Positions 37,241 to 47,247 of a DNA stretch of 64,000 bases are shown piece after piece. The notes beneath the pieces are model-generated. The model searched no databases. It saw nothing but the letters and a program-made list of their open reading frames with translations, and was not told where the DNA came from. Position numbers and translations under genes: made by a program. This stretch comes from Alkalispirochaeta sp. (GTDB lineage Bacteria; Spirochaetota; Spirochaetia; DSM-27196; Alkalispirochaetaceae). The first letter of the stretch is position 1, and each line of letters begins with the position of its first letter. The DNA lies in contig CBDESZ010000016.1 in assembly GCA_965242725.1 (NCBI GenBank), positions 224,001 to 288,000 of the forward strand, given 5' to 3'.

Positions 37241-39952
37241 ATGCATCAGCGACAGACACGGTGGGCGCCCCTGGGCGAGCTGCGCGGGAGTGACGCCGAT
37301 TTTTCAACCCTCACATACCGCTTTTCTCATGCAACCTGTGGATTTGCCGCATCCAATGACGACTGGCTGCGCATTGCGCTCTCTCTGGAGGACGGCGATG
37401 CCGATGGCGGCGAGGGCGGAGCTGTGTCTGAGGATGCCGATAGCGACGCGCCCGATGGTCTGGCCGGAGCTGTGTCGGACGGCGCCGGCGGAAGCGTGGA
37501 GATGGGCGCGGAGACGGGCGCGGAGACGGGCGCGGAGCGAAGGGCGGCGGGTGAGAAGTCCGGGGCGGCGGGGCGAGCGCCGGCGCGACGGTCCTGGGCG
37601 CTGGATCCCGGAAGCGATGCCCGGCGGACGTGGCGGCTCGTCGATATGGATGTACCGTTCCTCTTTTCCGACCGCCGGTCCTACCGCTACGCCGCCGGAA
37701 ACGAGGGCGTGGAAGGAACTGCAAATCCCCATGAAGACAGCAGGGGGATCGTCCCGGTGGAGGTGGGGGGAAACCGCTTTGTCCTGCCCGTGACGGGGAA
37801 AACTGACGCCGCGGCGGGATTCGCCATATCGGACCGACATATCGGGGACGAAAGCGGGCCGGCCCCCGTGCTGGACGAGGTTGAGCTCTCCCGTTGCCGC
37901 GACGGCGTGCTCCTTTCGTTCCCCCTCCCGGAGGGGTGCGTCGTCTATGGTCTCGGTGAGAAGACGGGTGGCCTGGACAAGCGCGGGCGCAGTTGGGTCA
38001 TGTGGAACTCCGATGAACCGCGCCATACTCCCGGGCGGGACCCCCTCTATCAGTCTATTCCCGTTGCATATATCGTCACCGCAGGCGGAACGGCCACCCT
38101 CTTTGTGGATGCCACCGCGACGATGTGGTTTGACGTGGGTGAATCGGTCTCCGACCGTCTGCAGGTCGAAGTCTATGATGATGAGGTGACGTTCTATCTC
38201 CGTCACGATCCGTCGCTGCCGGAGGCGGTTGCCGCGTACAGCGCGTTGACCGGGCGCATTGCTCTCCCGCCGGAATGGGCCCTTGGCTTCCAGCAGTGCC
38301 GTTACAGCTATTTTCCCGATTCCCGGGTCCTCGAGGTGGCGGAACGGATGCGGGAGCTTAACGTTCCCTGCGACGTCATCTATCTCGATATCCATTACAT
38401 GGACGGGTATCGCGTCTTTACCTGGGACCCCGTACGTTTTCCCGAGCCGAAAACGATGATCGAAAAACTTCACGAGCGCGGTTTTCGCGTTGTGACGATT
38501 GTCGATCCCGGCGTGAAATACGATCCCGACTACCACGTCTTTGCCGACGGTCTCACAAAGGATGTCTTCCTTGAGGATCCCGGAAAGGGTCCCTATGTCG
38601 GTACGGTGTGGCCCGGTGAGGCGGTATTCCCGGACTTTACCGAGGGTCGCGTCAGACGGTGGTGGGCGGAGCACCATCAGCCGCTCCTCGACGCCGGGGT
38701 GGCGGGCATCTGGAACGATATGAATGAACCCGCCGATTTTTCAGGGAGCGAGGAATACCGCCCCGATTTTACCGTTCCCGACCGGTTGATTGCCCGCAAC
38801 GAAGGCCGGCCGAAGACGATCGCCCGGGTTCACAATATCTACGGCAACGGGATGAACGCGGCGACCCGGGAGGCGATGGAGCGATACCGTCCCGATGAGC
38901 GTGGTTTTGTCCTTACCCGCAGCGGCTACGCCGGCGTTCAGCGCTACGCGGCGGTCTGGACCGGTGACAACCACAGCTGGTGGGAGCACATCCGCCTCAT
39001 GATACCCATGCTCTCCAACCTGGGCCTGAGCGGCGTGCCCTTCTGCGGCGGTGACGTGGGTGGCTTTCAAATGAACGCCGACGGGGAGCTTTACGCCCGA
39101 TGGGTCGCCGCCGCCGCCCTGACGCCCTTTTTCCGCGCCCACAGCGCCCTCGATACGGTGGACCACGAACCGTGGAGTTTCGGCGATGAGGTACTGGCGG
39201 CGGCGCGTCGCTTTATCGGCCTTCGGTACCGGTTGATGCCCTATCTGTACACCCTCTTTGAGGAGGCGAGTCGGACGGGTGCCCCGGTTATCCGTCCGCT
39301 GGTGTGGGAGTTTCCGTATGATCCGCGGGTCTTCCGCAGGGCCGATAGTTACATGGTCGGGCCGGCACTGCTTGTCGCTCCGGTGGTGGAACCGGGAGTG
39401 CAGGAACGGGCGGTCTACCTGCCGGAAGGCGTCTGGTATGACTTCTGGACGGGGCGGCGATACGACGCAGGGAGCCTCGCGGAAGCGGGGCGCGGGCAGG
39501 TTGTTGCCTGCGACGCACCCCTCGACCGTATTCCGATCTTCGTCAGAGGGGGCCATATAGTGCCCTTTGAGGGTCTGCGCCAGCATACGGGAGAGCCCGG
39601 TGACGGGGTGTTGCGGCTCCTTGTTGCGCCCGACGCACATGGTCACGCCGCGGGTTCGGTCTATGGAGACGGCGGGGAAGGTTTCGGGTACCGGAAGGGC
39701 GAGTTCTGGCGCGCCCGCTTTGCATGGCGGAGCCCGCAGGGGAGCCGGCAGGAGAGCTCGCATGGTGAGAACGTCCGCGTCGGCGAAGCGGGACGGGACG
39801 GAAGCGGGAAGGGAATGGTCTCTGGAACGGGCCTTGTAACGGCAGACGAGGAGGGGGAGCTCCGGTGGACGCGATGGGAGCGATGTGAGCCGGTGGTGAT
39901 TACCGACGAGCCGCGGCATGGCGGCAGCATAGCCGACCTCCTCACCCTGTAG
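37241..39952 (+). CDS. Glycoside hydrolase family 31 (alpha-glucosidase-like)
   Basis: YGLGEK, LYQSIP, LDIHYMD, WNDMNEP (nucleophile), WTGDN (acid/base) and FFRAHS. Confidence 0.93.
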   Translation: MHQRQTRWAPLGELRGSDADFSTLTYRFSHATCGFAASNDDWLRIALSLEDGDADGGEGGAVSEDADSDAPDGLAGAVSDGAGGSVEMGAETGAETGAERRAAGEKSGAAGRAPARRSWALDPGSDARRTWRLVDMDVPFLFSDRRSYRYAAGNEGVEGTANPHEDSRGIVPVEVGGNRFVLPVTGKTDAAAGFAISDRHIGDESGPAPVLDEVELSRCRDGVLLSFPLPEGCVVYGLGEKTGGLDKRGRSWVMWNSDEPRHTPGRDPLYQSIPVAYIVTAGGTATLFVDATATMWFDVGESVSDRLQVEVYDDEVTFYLRHDPSLPEAVAAYSALTGRIALPPEWALGFQQCRYSYFPDSRVLEVAERMRELNVPCDVIYLDIHYMDGYRVFTWDPVRFPEPKTMIEKLHERGFRVVTIVDPGVKYDPDYHVFADGLTKDVFLEDPGKGPYVGTVWPGEAVFPDFTEGRVRRWWAEHHQPLLDAGVAGIWNDMNEPADFSGSEEYRPDFTVPDRLIARNEGRPKTIARVHNIYGNGMNAATREAMERYRPDERGFVLTRSGYAGVQRYAAVWTGDNHSWWEHIRLMIPMLSNLGLSGVPFCGGDVGGFQMNADGELYARWVAAAALTPFFRAHSALDTVDHEPWSFGDEVLAAARRFIGLRYRLMPYLYTLFEEASRTGAPVIRPLVWEFPYDPRVFRRADSYMVGPALLVAPVVEPGVQERAVYLPEGVWYDFWTGRRYDAGSLAEAGRGQVVACDAPLDRIPIFVRGGHIVPFEGLRQHTGEPGDGVLRLLVAPDAHGHAAGSVYGDGGEGFGYRKGEFWRARFAWRSPQGSRQESSHGENVRVGEAGRDGSGKGMVSGTGLVTADEEGELRWTRWERCEPVVITDEPRHGGSIADLLTL
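37498..37537 (+). repeat. 12-bp tandem repeat x3 encoding E(M/T)GA in the GH31 N-terminal insert
   Basis: ggagatgggcgc-ggagacgggcgc-ggagacgggcgc-ggag. Confidence 0.85.
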
Positions 39953-40718
39953 GCGGCGCCGCATGGTGGTATATACAGAACGGCCGGGAGCCGACTGACA
40001 CCACAGGAAAGGCGGTGCCGAAGATCTTTTCCAGGACCGGTTCCTTCATCGTCTCATCCACCGTTCCCGTGTGGACGACGCGGCCGTCCCGCAGGGCGAC
40101 GATCGTATCTGCGTAGGCGGCGGCCATGTTGATGTCGTGGACCACCACCGCCACAGCCTTCCCTTCCCGATGAGCAAGCGTCGTGAGGGCCGCCATGACA
40201 CGGCCGGAATGGCGCATATCCAGGTTGTTCAGGGGCTCGTCAAAGAGGGCGTAGTCTGTATCCTGGGCGATGACCATGGCGATAAAGGCGCGCTGACGTT
40301 CTCCACCGCTGATTTCGTGGATCGAAGCGGTGCGATAGGATTCGAGATCCATGAGCCAGAGCGCCCGGTCGACGGCGGTGCGGTCCGCCGCGGTAAGGGA
40401 ACCGGCGTTGTGGGGGAAGCGGCCGAACTCCACAAGTTCTTCCACCGTAAGGCGAAGGTCAAATCGCAGCGTCTGACGCAGGATGGAGAGGCGTCGGGCC
40501 AGGTGGCGCGTTCCCCACGCCTCAAGGCGCTCTCCGGCAATTTCTACCGTCCCCTTATCGTAGGAAATGAGACGCCCCACCGCGGAGAGAAAGGTGCTCT
40601 TTCCCGAGCCATTGGCCCCGATGAGGGCGGTGACGCTGCCCGGCTGAATTTCCATTCCCACGTCGTCGAGAACCGGTACCGTGCCGTATCGTTTTGAGAG
40701 GTGTTCAACGGTTATCAT
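39942..40718 (-). CDS. Iron-siderophore ABC transporter ATP-binding protein (CeuD/YclP-like)
   Basis: GANGSGKST, FGRFPH, SGGERQRAFIAMVIAQDT and DEPLNNLDM. Start at ATG 40718. Confidence 0.92.
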   Translation of the reverse strand: MITVEHLSKRYGTVPVLDDVGMEIQPGSVTALIGANGSGKSTFLSAVGRLISYDKGTVEIAGERLEAWGTRHLARRLSILRQTLRFDLRLTVEELVEFGRFPHNAGSLTAADRTAVDRALWLMDLESYRTASIHEISGGERQRAFIAMVIAQDTDYALFDEPLNNLDMRHSGRVMAALTTLAHREGKAVAVVVHDINMAAAYADTIVALRDGRVVHTGTVDETMKEPVLEKIFGTAFPVVSVGSRPFCIYHHAAPPTG

Positions 40719-41665
40719 CTTGTGCTGCTCCGAATGGCGATGGCGAGGAAGAACAGCCCCCCTGCCAGCGCCAGAATTGTACCGACGGGTACGGGCGTTC
40801 CAACGGTCCGACGAATGGTCTGAATACCCAGAAGATATACGATCGCCGTGAGCGCCGCCGAGGGTATCATTGATCGGTGGCGCCATGTAGAGGATGCCTC
40901 CCTGACCGTCCCCGCCGCAAGAAGACCGAGAAATGGCAGCGGACCGACCATTGCGGTTCCCGATGCGACGGCAACGGCCGCGACGGTGAGAAGATTCCGT
41001 GTCTCCCTGCGGTAGTCGATGCCGAGGGCGATCGCCGGTTCCCGTCCGAGGGCGATGACGTCGAGTATTCGTGCTTTGGTTCCTATCCATATGAACGTAC
41101 CAAGGCCGACGATCGAGGCGGCAGGTATGACTGATGAACTCACATTGGTGACGCTGGCGTAGGTGTTGCCCTGGACGACGGAGAACTCATTGGGATCGAT
41201 GATCATCTGGAGAAATCCGGTAAGACTCCGGAACAGGATGCCCATGACGACGCCGACGAGCAGGACCTGGTTCACCTGAAGATTGGCGCTCATCAAACCT
41301 CCCAGGAGCAGGGCCGCAAAGACGACCATCACCACGAGTGTTGCCAGATAGGTGGGGAGAGGACGGGCGAGGGTACCTGCCGTTCCGCCGAGAAAGAAGA
41401 CCGCTCCGGTCTGCATGAGAACGTAAAGTGACTCGATACCCATAACCGACGGGGTGAGCAGGCGATTCCGGGTGATTGACTGAAAAACAATGGACGCCGC
41501 ACCGGCACTGCCGGCGGCGAGCATGACCGCCACCAGTTGCGGACCCCGACGGGAGAGGTAGTAGGCGGCGTTGCGGGGCGTGAGTCCGGGCAGCAGGTAC
41601 AGCGCGGCCAGGAGGAGTACGAGCAATGCGGGAATACCGACGGCGAGCCTTTCGTCACGTCGCAC
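40715..41665 (-). CDS. Iron-siderophore ABC transporter permease (CeuC/YclO-like)
   Basis: FQSITRNRLLTPSVMG and IDPNEF. Probable GTG start at 41665. Confidence 0.88.
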   Translation of the reverse strand: MRRDERLAVGIPALLVLLLAALYLLPGLTPRNAAYYLSRRGPQLVAVMLAAGSAGAASIVFQSITRNRLLTPSVMGIESLYVLMQTGAVFFLGGTAGTLARPLPTYLATLVVMVVFAALLLGGLMSANLQVNQVLLVGVVMGILFRSLTGFLQMIIDPNEFSVVQGNTYASVTNVSSSVIPAASIVGLGTFIWIGTKARILDVIALGREPAIALGIDYRRETRNLLTVAAVAVASGTAMVGPLPFLGLLAAGTVREASSTWRHRSMIPSAALTAIVYLLGIQTIRRTVGTPVPVGTILALAGGLFFLAIAIRSSTR

Positions 41666-42653
41666 CGGTTTCGCTCCGGAAGAAATAGACGAGAAAGACG
41701 ACGCTTCCGAGGACGCCGATAGTGAGGCCGATGGGGATTTCGTAGGGATGAATGACGATCCGGCCGACCACATCTGCGACGAGAACAAACGCGGCTCCAA
41801 AGAGGGCGACCTCGGGCATCGTCCTGTTCAAGTTGTCACCCTTCACCGCAGCCACGAGGTTCGGCACCACCAGACCGACGAAGGGCAACGTTCCGCCAAC
41901 GACGACGACCACGGCGGTCATCGTCGCCGCGGCAAGCGTCGCAATTGTGGTGACTCCCCGTACCTCCAGGCCGAGACCCGTTGCCGTTTCCCGCCCGAGA
42001 CCGGCGATGGTGATGTGGCGGGCCAGGGCATATACGAGTACGGCGAGGGGCACGCCGACGTAGAGGAGTTCATACTGTCCCCGGACGACCATCGAAAAAT
42101 CCCCGGTGAGCCACGACGAGACCGACTGAACCATTTCGAACTGAAATGCCACCGCCTCCGCGACGGCGGAGAGGACGCGACCGAATACGATGCCGACCAA
42201 TGGGAGGACGGCGGCGCTGCGGAGGGACAGCCGGCGGATAATGACGAGAAAGGTTCCGGTGGCGAGAAGGGCAAAAACAGTCGCCGTCAGCAGACGGACC
42301 AGGGGAGGAGCGCTCGGAAAGACGAGCGCGCCGACGAGAAAACCGAGCTGTGCACCGTCGGTGGTCGCCACCGTACCGGGTGAGGCAAAACGGTTCTGAA
42401 GCAGGATCTGAAGAACGACGCCGGTAACCGAGAGCGCCGCGCCGCTTAGAAGGACCGCAGCGAGGCGGGGGAGGCGACTGAGGACAACCAGACGCCACGC
42501 GTCGGAATCTCCCGCGATGAGATGTGCCGGAGTGAGCGGTTGTACCCCGATAAAAAGAGAGGCGAGCCCGCCGACAACGATCGCCGGGAACAGAACCCGA
42601 CGATCGACGAAAGCGGATAAGAGGCGACGAAATCCCGGCATCATCGTTGTCAC
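41655..42653 (-). CDS. Iron-siderophore ABC transporter permease (CeuB/YclN-like)
   Basis: SRLPRL, QNRFASP, PFVGLVVPN and PYEIPIG. Confidence 0.9.
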   Translation of the reverse strand: MTTMMPGFRRLLSAFVDRRVLFPAIVVGGLASLFIGVQPLTPAHLIAGDSDAWRLVVLSRLPRLAAVLLSGAALSVTGVVLQILLQNRFASPGTVATTDGAQLGFLVGALVFPSAPPLVRLLTATVFALLATGTFLVIIRRLSLRSAAVLPLVGIVFGRVLSAVAEAVAFQFEMVQSVSSWLTGDFSMVVRGQYELLYVGVPLAVLVYALARHITIAGLGRETATGLGLEVRGVTTIATLAAATMTAVVVVVGGTLPFVGLVVPNLVAAVKGDNLNRTMPEVALFGAAFVLVADVVGRIVIHPYEIPIGLTIGVLGSVVFLVYFFRSETGAT

Positions 42654-42671
42654 AGCGCTCTGTCGGTTCGG

Positions 42672-43616
42672 TTATTCGACTCCGAGCGCCTGTTCGATAT
42701 CCGCAATCATCATGGAGGTCGCCGTCAATCCGCCGGAGGCGAGATACCACGCCTGCGGACTGACGAAGACGATTCCGTCATTCCGGGCGGCTCTTGTCTG
42801 CGCTACGATCGCGTTGTCCAGGACCGATGCGGCGGTGCCCGTACCGGTTATCGCGGCGCCGCGATCGAGGACGAGGAGATAGTCAGGGTCCTGCTCCAGG
42901 AGGTACTCGAAGGAAACACTTTGACCGTGTGTCGCGGCCTCGATCGTGTCGTCGGCGGGGTCAAAACCGAATGTGGAATAGGCGACGTCAAAGCGTGATC
43001 CCCTGCCGTAGACACTCAGGGAGCCGTCATTGACCATGATGAAGAGCGCACGTTTCCCTTCCGTTGCGTCCCTCAGTCTCTCAATGCGCCGTTCCAATGC
43101 GGCGAGGATCGATTCTGCCGCCTCTTCACGGTCGTAGAGGCGGGCGAGGAGCATGGTGTTGTTCCGTACCGAATCCATATACGCTCCGGGTTCAACCGAG
43201 AGGTATACCGTCGGTGCAATCTCCTGAAGTGCGTCGTACTGGGTGGATTGCCGCGGTGAAATCACGATCACTTCCGGTGCGAAATCAAAGAGCCCTTCAA
43301 AATCGGGTTCAAAGAGGCTCCCGGCGTTGAAATACTCCTCGCCGGCGTAGCTGTCGAGGTAGCCCGGAAGCGTTCCGGGGACGATGCCGCCCACGGCTAT
43401 ATCGAGGCTATCGAGAATATCGAGCCCGTCGTACCCGAAGGCAACCGGACGTTCCGGAGAGGACGGAACCACCGTCGTGCCCAGGTCGTGAGTGATGGTG
43501 ACCGTTTCCCTGTCGCCTGCTGCCGACGGTTCCATTTCCGCCGTTCCCGTCGCAAAGAGGAGTGAAGTTCCCGCTATGAGAAACAACACGATTGTGAAAA
43601 CACGCTGAAGGGGCAT
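42672..43616 (-). CDS. Siderophore ABC transporter substrate-binding protein (CeuE/YclQ-like)
   Basis: GSLFEPDFE, ISPRQ, GSRF, THGQSVSFE, LDRG and WYLASGG. Confidence 0.88.
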   Translation of the reverse strand: MPLQRVFTIVLFLIAGTSLLFATGTAEMEPSAAGDRETVTITHDLGTTVVPSSPERPVAFGYDGLDILDSLDIAVGGIVPGTLPGYLDSYAGEEYFNAGSLFEPDFEGLFDFAPEVIVISPRQSTQYDALQEIAPTVYLSVEPGAYMDSVRNNTMLLARLYDREEAAESILAALERRIERLRDATEGKRALFIMVNDGSLSVYGRGSRFDVAYSTFGFDPADDTIEAATHGQSVSFEYLLEQDPDYLLVLDRGAAITGTGTAASVLDNAIVAQTRAARNDGIVFVSPQAWYLASGGLTATSMMIADIEQALGVE

Positions 43617-43637
43617 AAAGTTTCCTCCGTAAAAAAA

Positions 43638-43686
43638 AGTTATGCAAGGCTAACTATTATTATAAAATGTGTCAACAATAGGTCAA
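43638..43686 (-). promoter_or_regulatory. Promoter(s) and a DtxR-family-like operator for the iron ABC operon
   Basis: Minus strand has TTGACC-16-TATAAT and TTGACA-17-TAGCCT. Palindrome AGTTAGCCTTGCATAACT at 43638-43655. Confidence 0.6.
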
Positions 43687-43849
43687 AAATCTATTTTACC
43701 CTTCCGGACGGCGGGAACGGGCGTATCGACGCGGTGAAAGGCGGGAAAAACCCGCTCCTTTTGCCGGACGATGTGTGACGTAGTAGATTGTATATGCATC
43801 ATAGTTTTGGCAGACGCCGCCTATTTTCGCAGGAACCAGGAGGTGCGAG

Positions 43850-44593
43850 ATGAATGGAGTGCAGGACGTCCGAAACGATCCCGTGGCCGTTGTCGCCGGA
43901 GGCACCGGGGGCATCGGTGAAGGTGTTGTGAAAGCCCTCGTCGAAGAACACTATATTGTCTACGTGCCGGTTCGTGAAATCGACCGTGCCGACAGGCTGA
44001 AAGGGTACGTGAACGATTCCGAACGGCTTCGTTTTATTCCCGCCGATCTGTGCGATGATCTCGCCGTCGCTGCGATGAAAGAGAGAATTCTTGAGGAAGT
44101 CTCCCGGATCGATGCCGTCGTCGTCTCCGTCGGTGCCGGATATTACGGACACAGCCTGCATCGTATGCCCCGGACCGACTGGGATCGGAGTATTCAGGAC
44201 AATCTGGTGACCCACTTCAATACGCAGCGTGTCTTTGTGGAGCAGTTGCGGCAGCAGGACGGGGGAGTCTATGTGACCATGATCGGGCCGGAAGCGGAGC
44301 ATATTCGTCCCGATGCGGGAATGGCTTCAATCATGGCGGCGGCTCAGAAGATGATAACCCGGGTCCTCGCCACGGAGTCTGCGGATCGGAATGTACGAAT
44401 CCACGCCCTTACCGCCCACACGACGATCAATACCCGCACCCGGGGAGAAAACACAAACCCCGAATGGATAACCGCCCATGAACTGGGAGAGTACGTGCTT
44501 CGTCTCATTGAAGGACGCGTTCCCAACAGTAGTGAAGCACTGCACGACATAAAGGATCTCTCGCAGCTGAGGAGAGTCCTCGGTCGCGTCTGA
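43850..44593 (+). CDS. Atypical short-chain dehydrogenase/reductase
   Basis: VAGGTGGIGEG Rossmann motif and AGGAGG RBS. Lacks the canonical YxxxK. Confidence 0.8.
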   Translation: MNGVQDVRNDPVAVVAGGTGGIGEGVVKALVEEHYIVYVPVREIDRADRLKGYVNDSERLRFIPADLCDDLAVAAMKERILEEVSRIDAVVVSVGAGYYGHSLHRMPRTDWDRSIQDNLVTHFNTQRVFVEQLRQQDGGVYVTMIGPEAEHIRPDAGMASIMAAAQKMITRVLATESADRNVRIHALTAHTTINTRTRGENTNPEWITAHELGEYVLRLIEGRVPNSSEALHDIKDLSQLRRVLGRV

Positions 44594-44631
44594 ACTTGAT
44601 CCGACCGGCGTTCCCCGATACGCTCGTCGCC

Positions 44632-45513
44632 ATGTCCGTTCTCTTTGCGTCACTCGCCGCGGTCTTTTTCGGTACCGCCGATTTCACCGGAGGCTTTGCC
44701 TCGCGGAAAAATTCAATTCCCGCCGTGCTGGTATGGTCTCAGCTTGCAGGGCTTGCTCTTGTCATTCTCTTCATCGTCGTTGACGGTCGTGCGGCAGTCC
44801 CTTCACTGGGAGACGGGCTGTTCGGCGCCGCCGCGGGCATTGCGGGCCTCGGCGGTCTGGCCTTTCTCTATCGCGGTCTTTCCCGCGGTCTTGTGGCGAT
44901 TGTTTCGCCCCTTGCGGCATTGATCGGGGCGGTAACTCCTCTTGTGGGTGGTCTGCTCCTCGGCGAACGGATGTCGACTCTCGCGGCTTTCGGCGTCGCC
45001 CTCGCCCTCCCGGCGATCGTTCTCGTCTCCTGGCAGGGTCGTCTTCCCCTGCATGAACACGATCAGCGGAGAATGAGGGAGTCTCTCAGAGACGGCGTCG
45101 CATCGGGTTTCTTTTTCGGCCTTTTTTTCCTGCTTATCAGTATTCCCGACGATGCGAGCGGTATGTGGCCCCTTGCGGTGGCACGTATCTGTTCGATCTC
45201 GTTTACCGTACTGGTCGTTTCCGTCCCATTTGTGCCGAGTCAGCTGTGGGGAGGCCGCAGCGACACGCCACGGCTGCAGCTTCATGGCGGTGTCTTTCCG
45301 GTCATTGCCGCGGGCGTGATGGATATGGCGGCGAATATTTTCCTCGTCCTTGCATTTCGAAGCGGTCTATTGTCGATCGCAGCCGTCATCAGCTCCGCCT
45401 ACCCCGTGCAGACCGTTGTTCTGTCGCGGTTCATTTTCGGTGAGCGGGTCGGTACCGTACGTATCGCGGGTATCGTCCTCGCCCTTTCGGGCATAGCCCT
45501 CATGTCGGCATAG
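44632..45513 (+). CDS. DMT/EamA family transporter
   Basis: FGTADFTGG, LYRGL...IVSPL and SAYPV..V.L...GE, with about 10 TMs. Confidence 0.85.
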   Translation: MSVLFASLAAVFFGTADFTGGFASRKNSIPAVLVWSQLAGLALVILFIVVDGRAAVPSLGDGLFGAAAGIAGLGGLAFLYRGLSRGLVAIVSPLAALIGAVTPLVGGLLLGERMSTLAAFGVALALPAIVLVSWQGRLPLHEHDQRRMRESLRDGVASGFFFGLFFLLISIPDDASGMWPLAVARICSISFTVLVVSVPFVPSQLWGGRSDTPRLQLHGGVFPVIAAGVMDMAANIFLVLAFRSGLLSIAAVISSAYPVQTVVLSRFIFGERVGTVRIAGIVLALSGIALMSA

Positions 45514-45538
45514 ACGACGACCGCGACCGCCTGAGCCG

Positions 45539-47070
45539 CTACGTTCGGTCGCCTGAAGCCAGTTCCATTGAGCGGGGATCGACATCCACGTATGCCAGTT
45601 CCTGGCCGTGGAGAAATTGACCCACCAGTCCGCCGATCTCTTCCTTCAACTGGGCGACGGCACTTGAAATGAGTCTGGAATCGAAACCCGTATCGAGCAG
45701 ACGTTGCACCCGGTCGATGGCGGTGACGCGGCTGAATATCCGGCCAAGGTCTATGCGGCGACGCTGCGACAACTCCGGCTGAATAGAAAAATCGAGAAAC
45801 GACCGGACCCGTTCGACGCCCCGCGCCGTGAGGGGGTGGTCCTCAAGGAATCGGGCGATGTTTGCGTCGCCGCCACGGAAGAAGGTCTTGAGAAAGCCGT
45901 CTCCGATCTGGTGGTAAATGACGTCGTTGGATCCTTCAAAGATTTGAAACGGGCGGGAGTCCGTCGTCGCCCGGCCGGCAAAGTGGTCCTGACGGTACCC
46001 CTTGGCCCCGACCAGTTGAAGGACGTTCTGCGCCGCCGACTGCATGTAATCGCTCATGAGCGCCTTGTGCACATTGGCGACAAGGCCCTCTTTGACCCCC
46101 CCCCCCCCCCCCCCAGGTTGAATGAAATGCCTGACCGTGTGATGGAATCATGACAGAAGGCGCGGGCGGTGGTCACCCACCCCTGCAACCGGGCGAGGTG
46201 GCGCTGAACCTGATCAAACTGAGCGAGTGGTTTTCCGCCGATGAAACGCTTCCGGGTATGCTCCACCGCTTCGTCGAGAGTTCGTCGTATAAATCCGAGA
46301 GCCGTACCGGGGAAACGCATGCGGCTGCGGTGGAGGAGATCCTGCATCATTTTCATGCCCCCGCCGTCAAACTCCAGTTTGTGGTTTTCAGGGACCTGAA
46401 GATCGAGACGATTCCGTCCATAGGGGATCATGTACAGGCCGAGGTTGTTGTAATACTCCTCGACGCGGACGAGCTGCTCCGGACGGCGGGAATCGCAGAA
46501 GAAGAATCCGATCTCCCGACTCAATGAACCGTCTTCCTTCCGCCTCCTGGCGGTGACGAGCCAGTAGTCGGCCCAGCCGCTCAAGCCGGCCCAGTGTTTT
46601 TCACCTTTTATGTGATAACCGTCGTCGTTGCGGTGAAAGCTCGTCTGCATATTCAGGGCGTCCGTCCCGTAGTCAGGTTCGGTGATCATGAGTCCACCCA
46701 TGGCGTTCTCTTCGCGCATTCTCTTCAGTACCGGACCCGCGATGTCGGGGTCGGCGTATTTTGACATCGGCTCCGCGAAGAGGGCGCCGTTGATTCCGAG
46801 TATGAGTCCCAACGGAAGTGATTCGTAGGCGACCGTGTCGAGAACGGAGAGTATTTCCGCGGGATCGGCACCCCGTCCGCCATATCGGGTGGAGATCGAC
46901 GCATCGATGGGGCGGGTGTTGAGAAACTCCCGCAGGAAAAAGGGCGGGATTCCGCGCTGGAGGTTCTGCCGGTCCTGATCGAGCCGTTCGTACATGAGAA
47001 ATCGAAGGGTTTCCCGAAGACGATTCATATACGTTTTAAATGGTTCTACCGTGGTTTCCGTCGTGTACAT
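45539..47070 (-). pseudogene. Acyl-CoA dehydrogenase split by a frameshift at a G19 homopolymer (artefact, phase-variable or pseudogene)
   Basis: N-part (ITEPDYGTDA, GEKHW) at 46054-47070 and C-part (GAKGY, DSRPFQIFEGSND) at 45539-46072, joined at C19 46096-46114. Confidence 0.8.
46096..46114. repeat. C19/G19 homopolymer
   Basis: tttga-C19-aggttg; no other run of this length was seen in the window. Confidence 0.95.
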
Positions 47071-47196
47071 GGGTACAAGTATAGTTTATTATTACTGTAA
47101 TGAATACATCACGAGGGGCGGGCGCCACTTGCCGTGTCACCAACCCTTTCGGTATGCTTTGGGCGGTTATTCGGTCAAGAGCCGCTTTTTTGTAGA

Positions 47197-47247
47197 ATGA
47201 TGAACACTGTGAGACGCTTTGTAGCCGACGCGGTGCGTTGTCATTGA
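47197..47247 (+). CDS. Candidate 16-aa leader peptide MMNTVRRFVADAVRCH upstream of the OPT gene
   Basis: Short ORF ending 48 nt before the OPT start, downstream of TTGCCG-18-TATGCT. No obvious SD sequence. Confidence 0.4.
   Translation: MMNTVRRFVADAVRCH

Noticed and set aside
43696..43800. GC-rich hairpins sharing CGGACGGCGGG with the 18145 region, as a possible REP/MITE family
   Set aside because: Only about 11 nt are shared between two sites, with no terminal repeats or target duplication.
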